From: an uncultured Gemmatimonadaceae bacterium
GTDB taxonomy: Bacteria > Gemmatimonadota > Gemmatimonadetes > Gemmatimonadales > Gemmatimonadaceae
Direction: 5' to 3'
Assembly (NCBI GenBank): GCA_963781585.1
Contig: CAWAGQ010000004.1
Location: forward strand, 704,001-768,000
Length of the DNA stretch: 64,000 bases
Within the stretch, counting starts at the first letter, position 1; every line of letters starts with the position of its first letter. Under the pieces are notes generated by a model. It did not search any database, was not told the DNA's origin, and saw nothing but the letters and a program-made list of their open reading frames with translations. The position numbers and the translations under genes were made by a program. Shown in pieces: positions 63,973 to 64,000 of this stretch.

Positions 63973-64000
63973 TCACTCGAGGAGGTTCATGATGAGATAT
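63973..64000 (-). CDS. Possible 3' end of a gene beyond the window (...YLIMNLLE*)
   Basis: Coding-like codons ending in TGA at 63975-63973; too short to identify. Confidence 0.3.

Overview
GC-rich bacterial core-genome segment. Gene content and style suggest Gemmatimonadota (inference from the ERELGxGGMATVYLA-type Ser/Thr kinase-PD40 protein, the Gly/Arg-rich VPS10-like protein and the operon order). Left to right: (1) a minus-strand trp/fol cluster interleaved with signalling genes: GAF protein-trpD-[lexA on the opposite strand]-trpC-trpF-trpB-HEAT-HD-GYP-trpA-chemoreceptor-folB-folK-YqeK-like. (2) A plus-strand run truA-transaldolase-like-degP-purB-purC-psd-pssA-purS-purQ-Zn ribbon-purL-purF, then ppdK, then cmoA coupled to an ICMT/PEMT-family membrane methyltransferase. 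(3) An accessory-looking block (orphan histidine kinase, VPS10-like protein, ABC exporter, DUF5946, DUF819, 2-hydroxyacid dehydrogenase, Ser/Thr kinase, alpha/beta hydrolase) ending at tmRNA. (4) dusB-larB, PTS IIA, proS-lysA-yfcE-guaA, and mreBCD-mrdA-rodA-accD-folC-hisS. No integrase, transposase, CRISPR array or rRNA was seen. Best leads: a carboxy-SAM synthase coupled to a membrane methyltransferase instead of cmoB; a HEAT/HD-GYP pair sharing an N-terminal domain, with the RxxQ signature reported for cGAMP-specific phosphodiesterases; a candidate direct-repeat SOS box (TTCGG-N6-TTCGG, twice) over the lexA promoter; two apparent pseudoenzymes; and heptamer tandem arrays. Family calls come from motif recognition by eye, not database searches, and start codons are best guesses.
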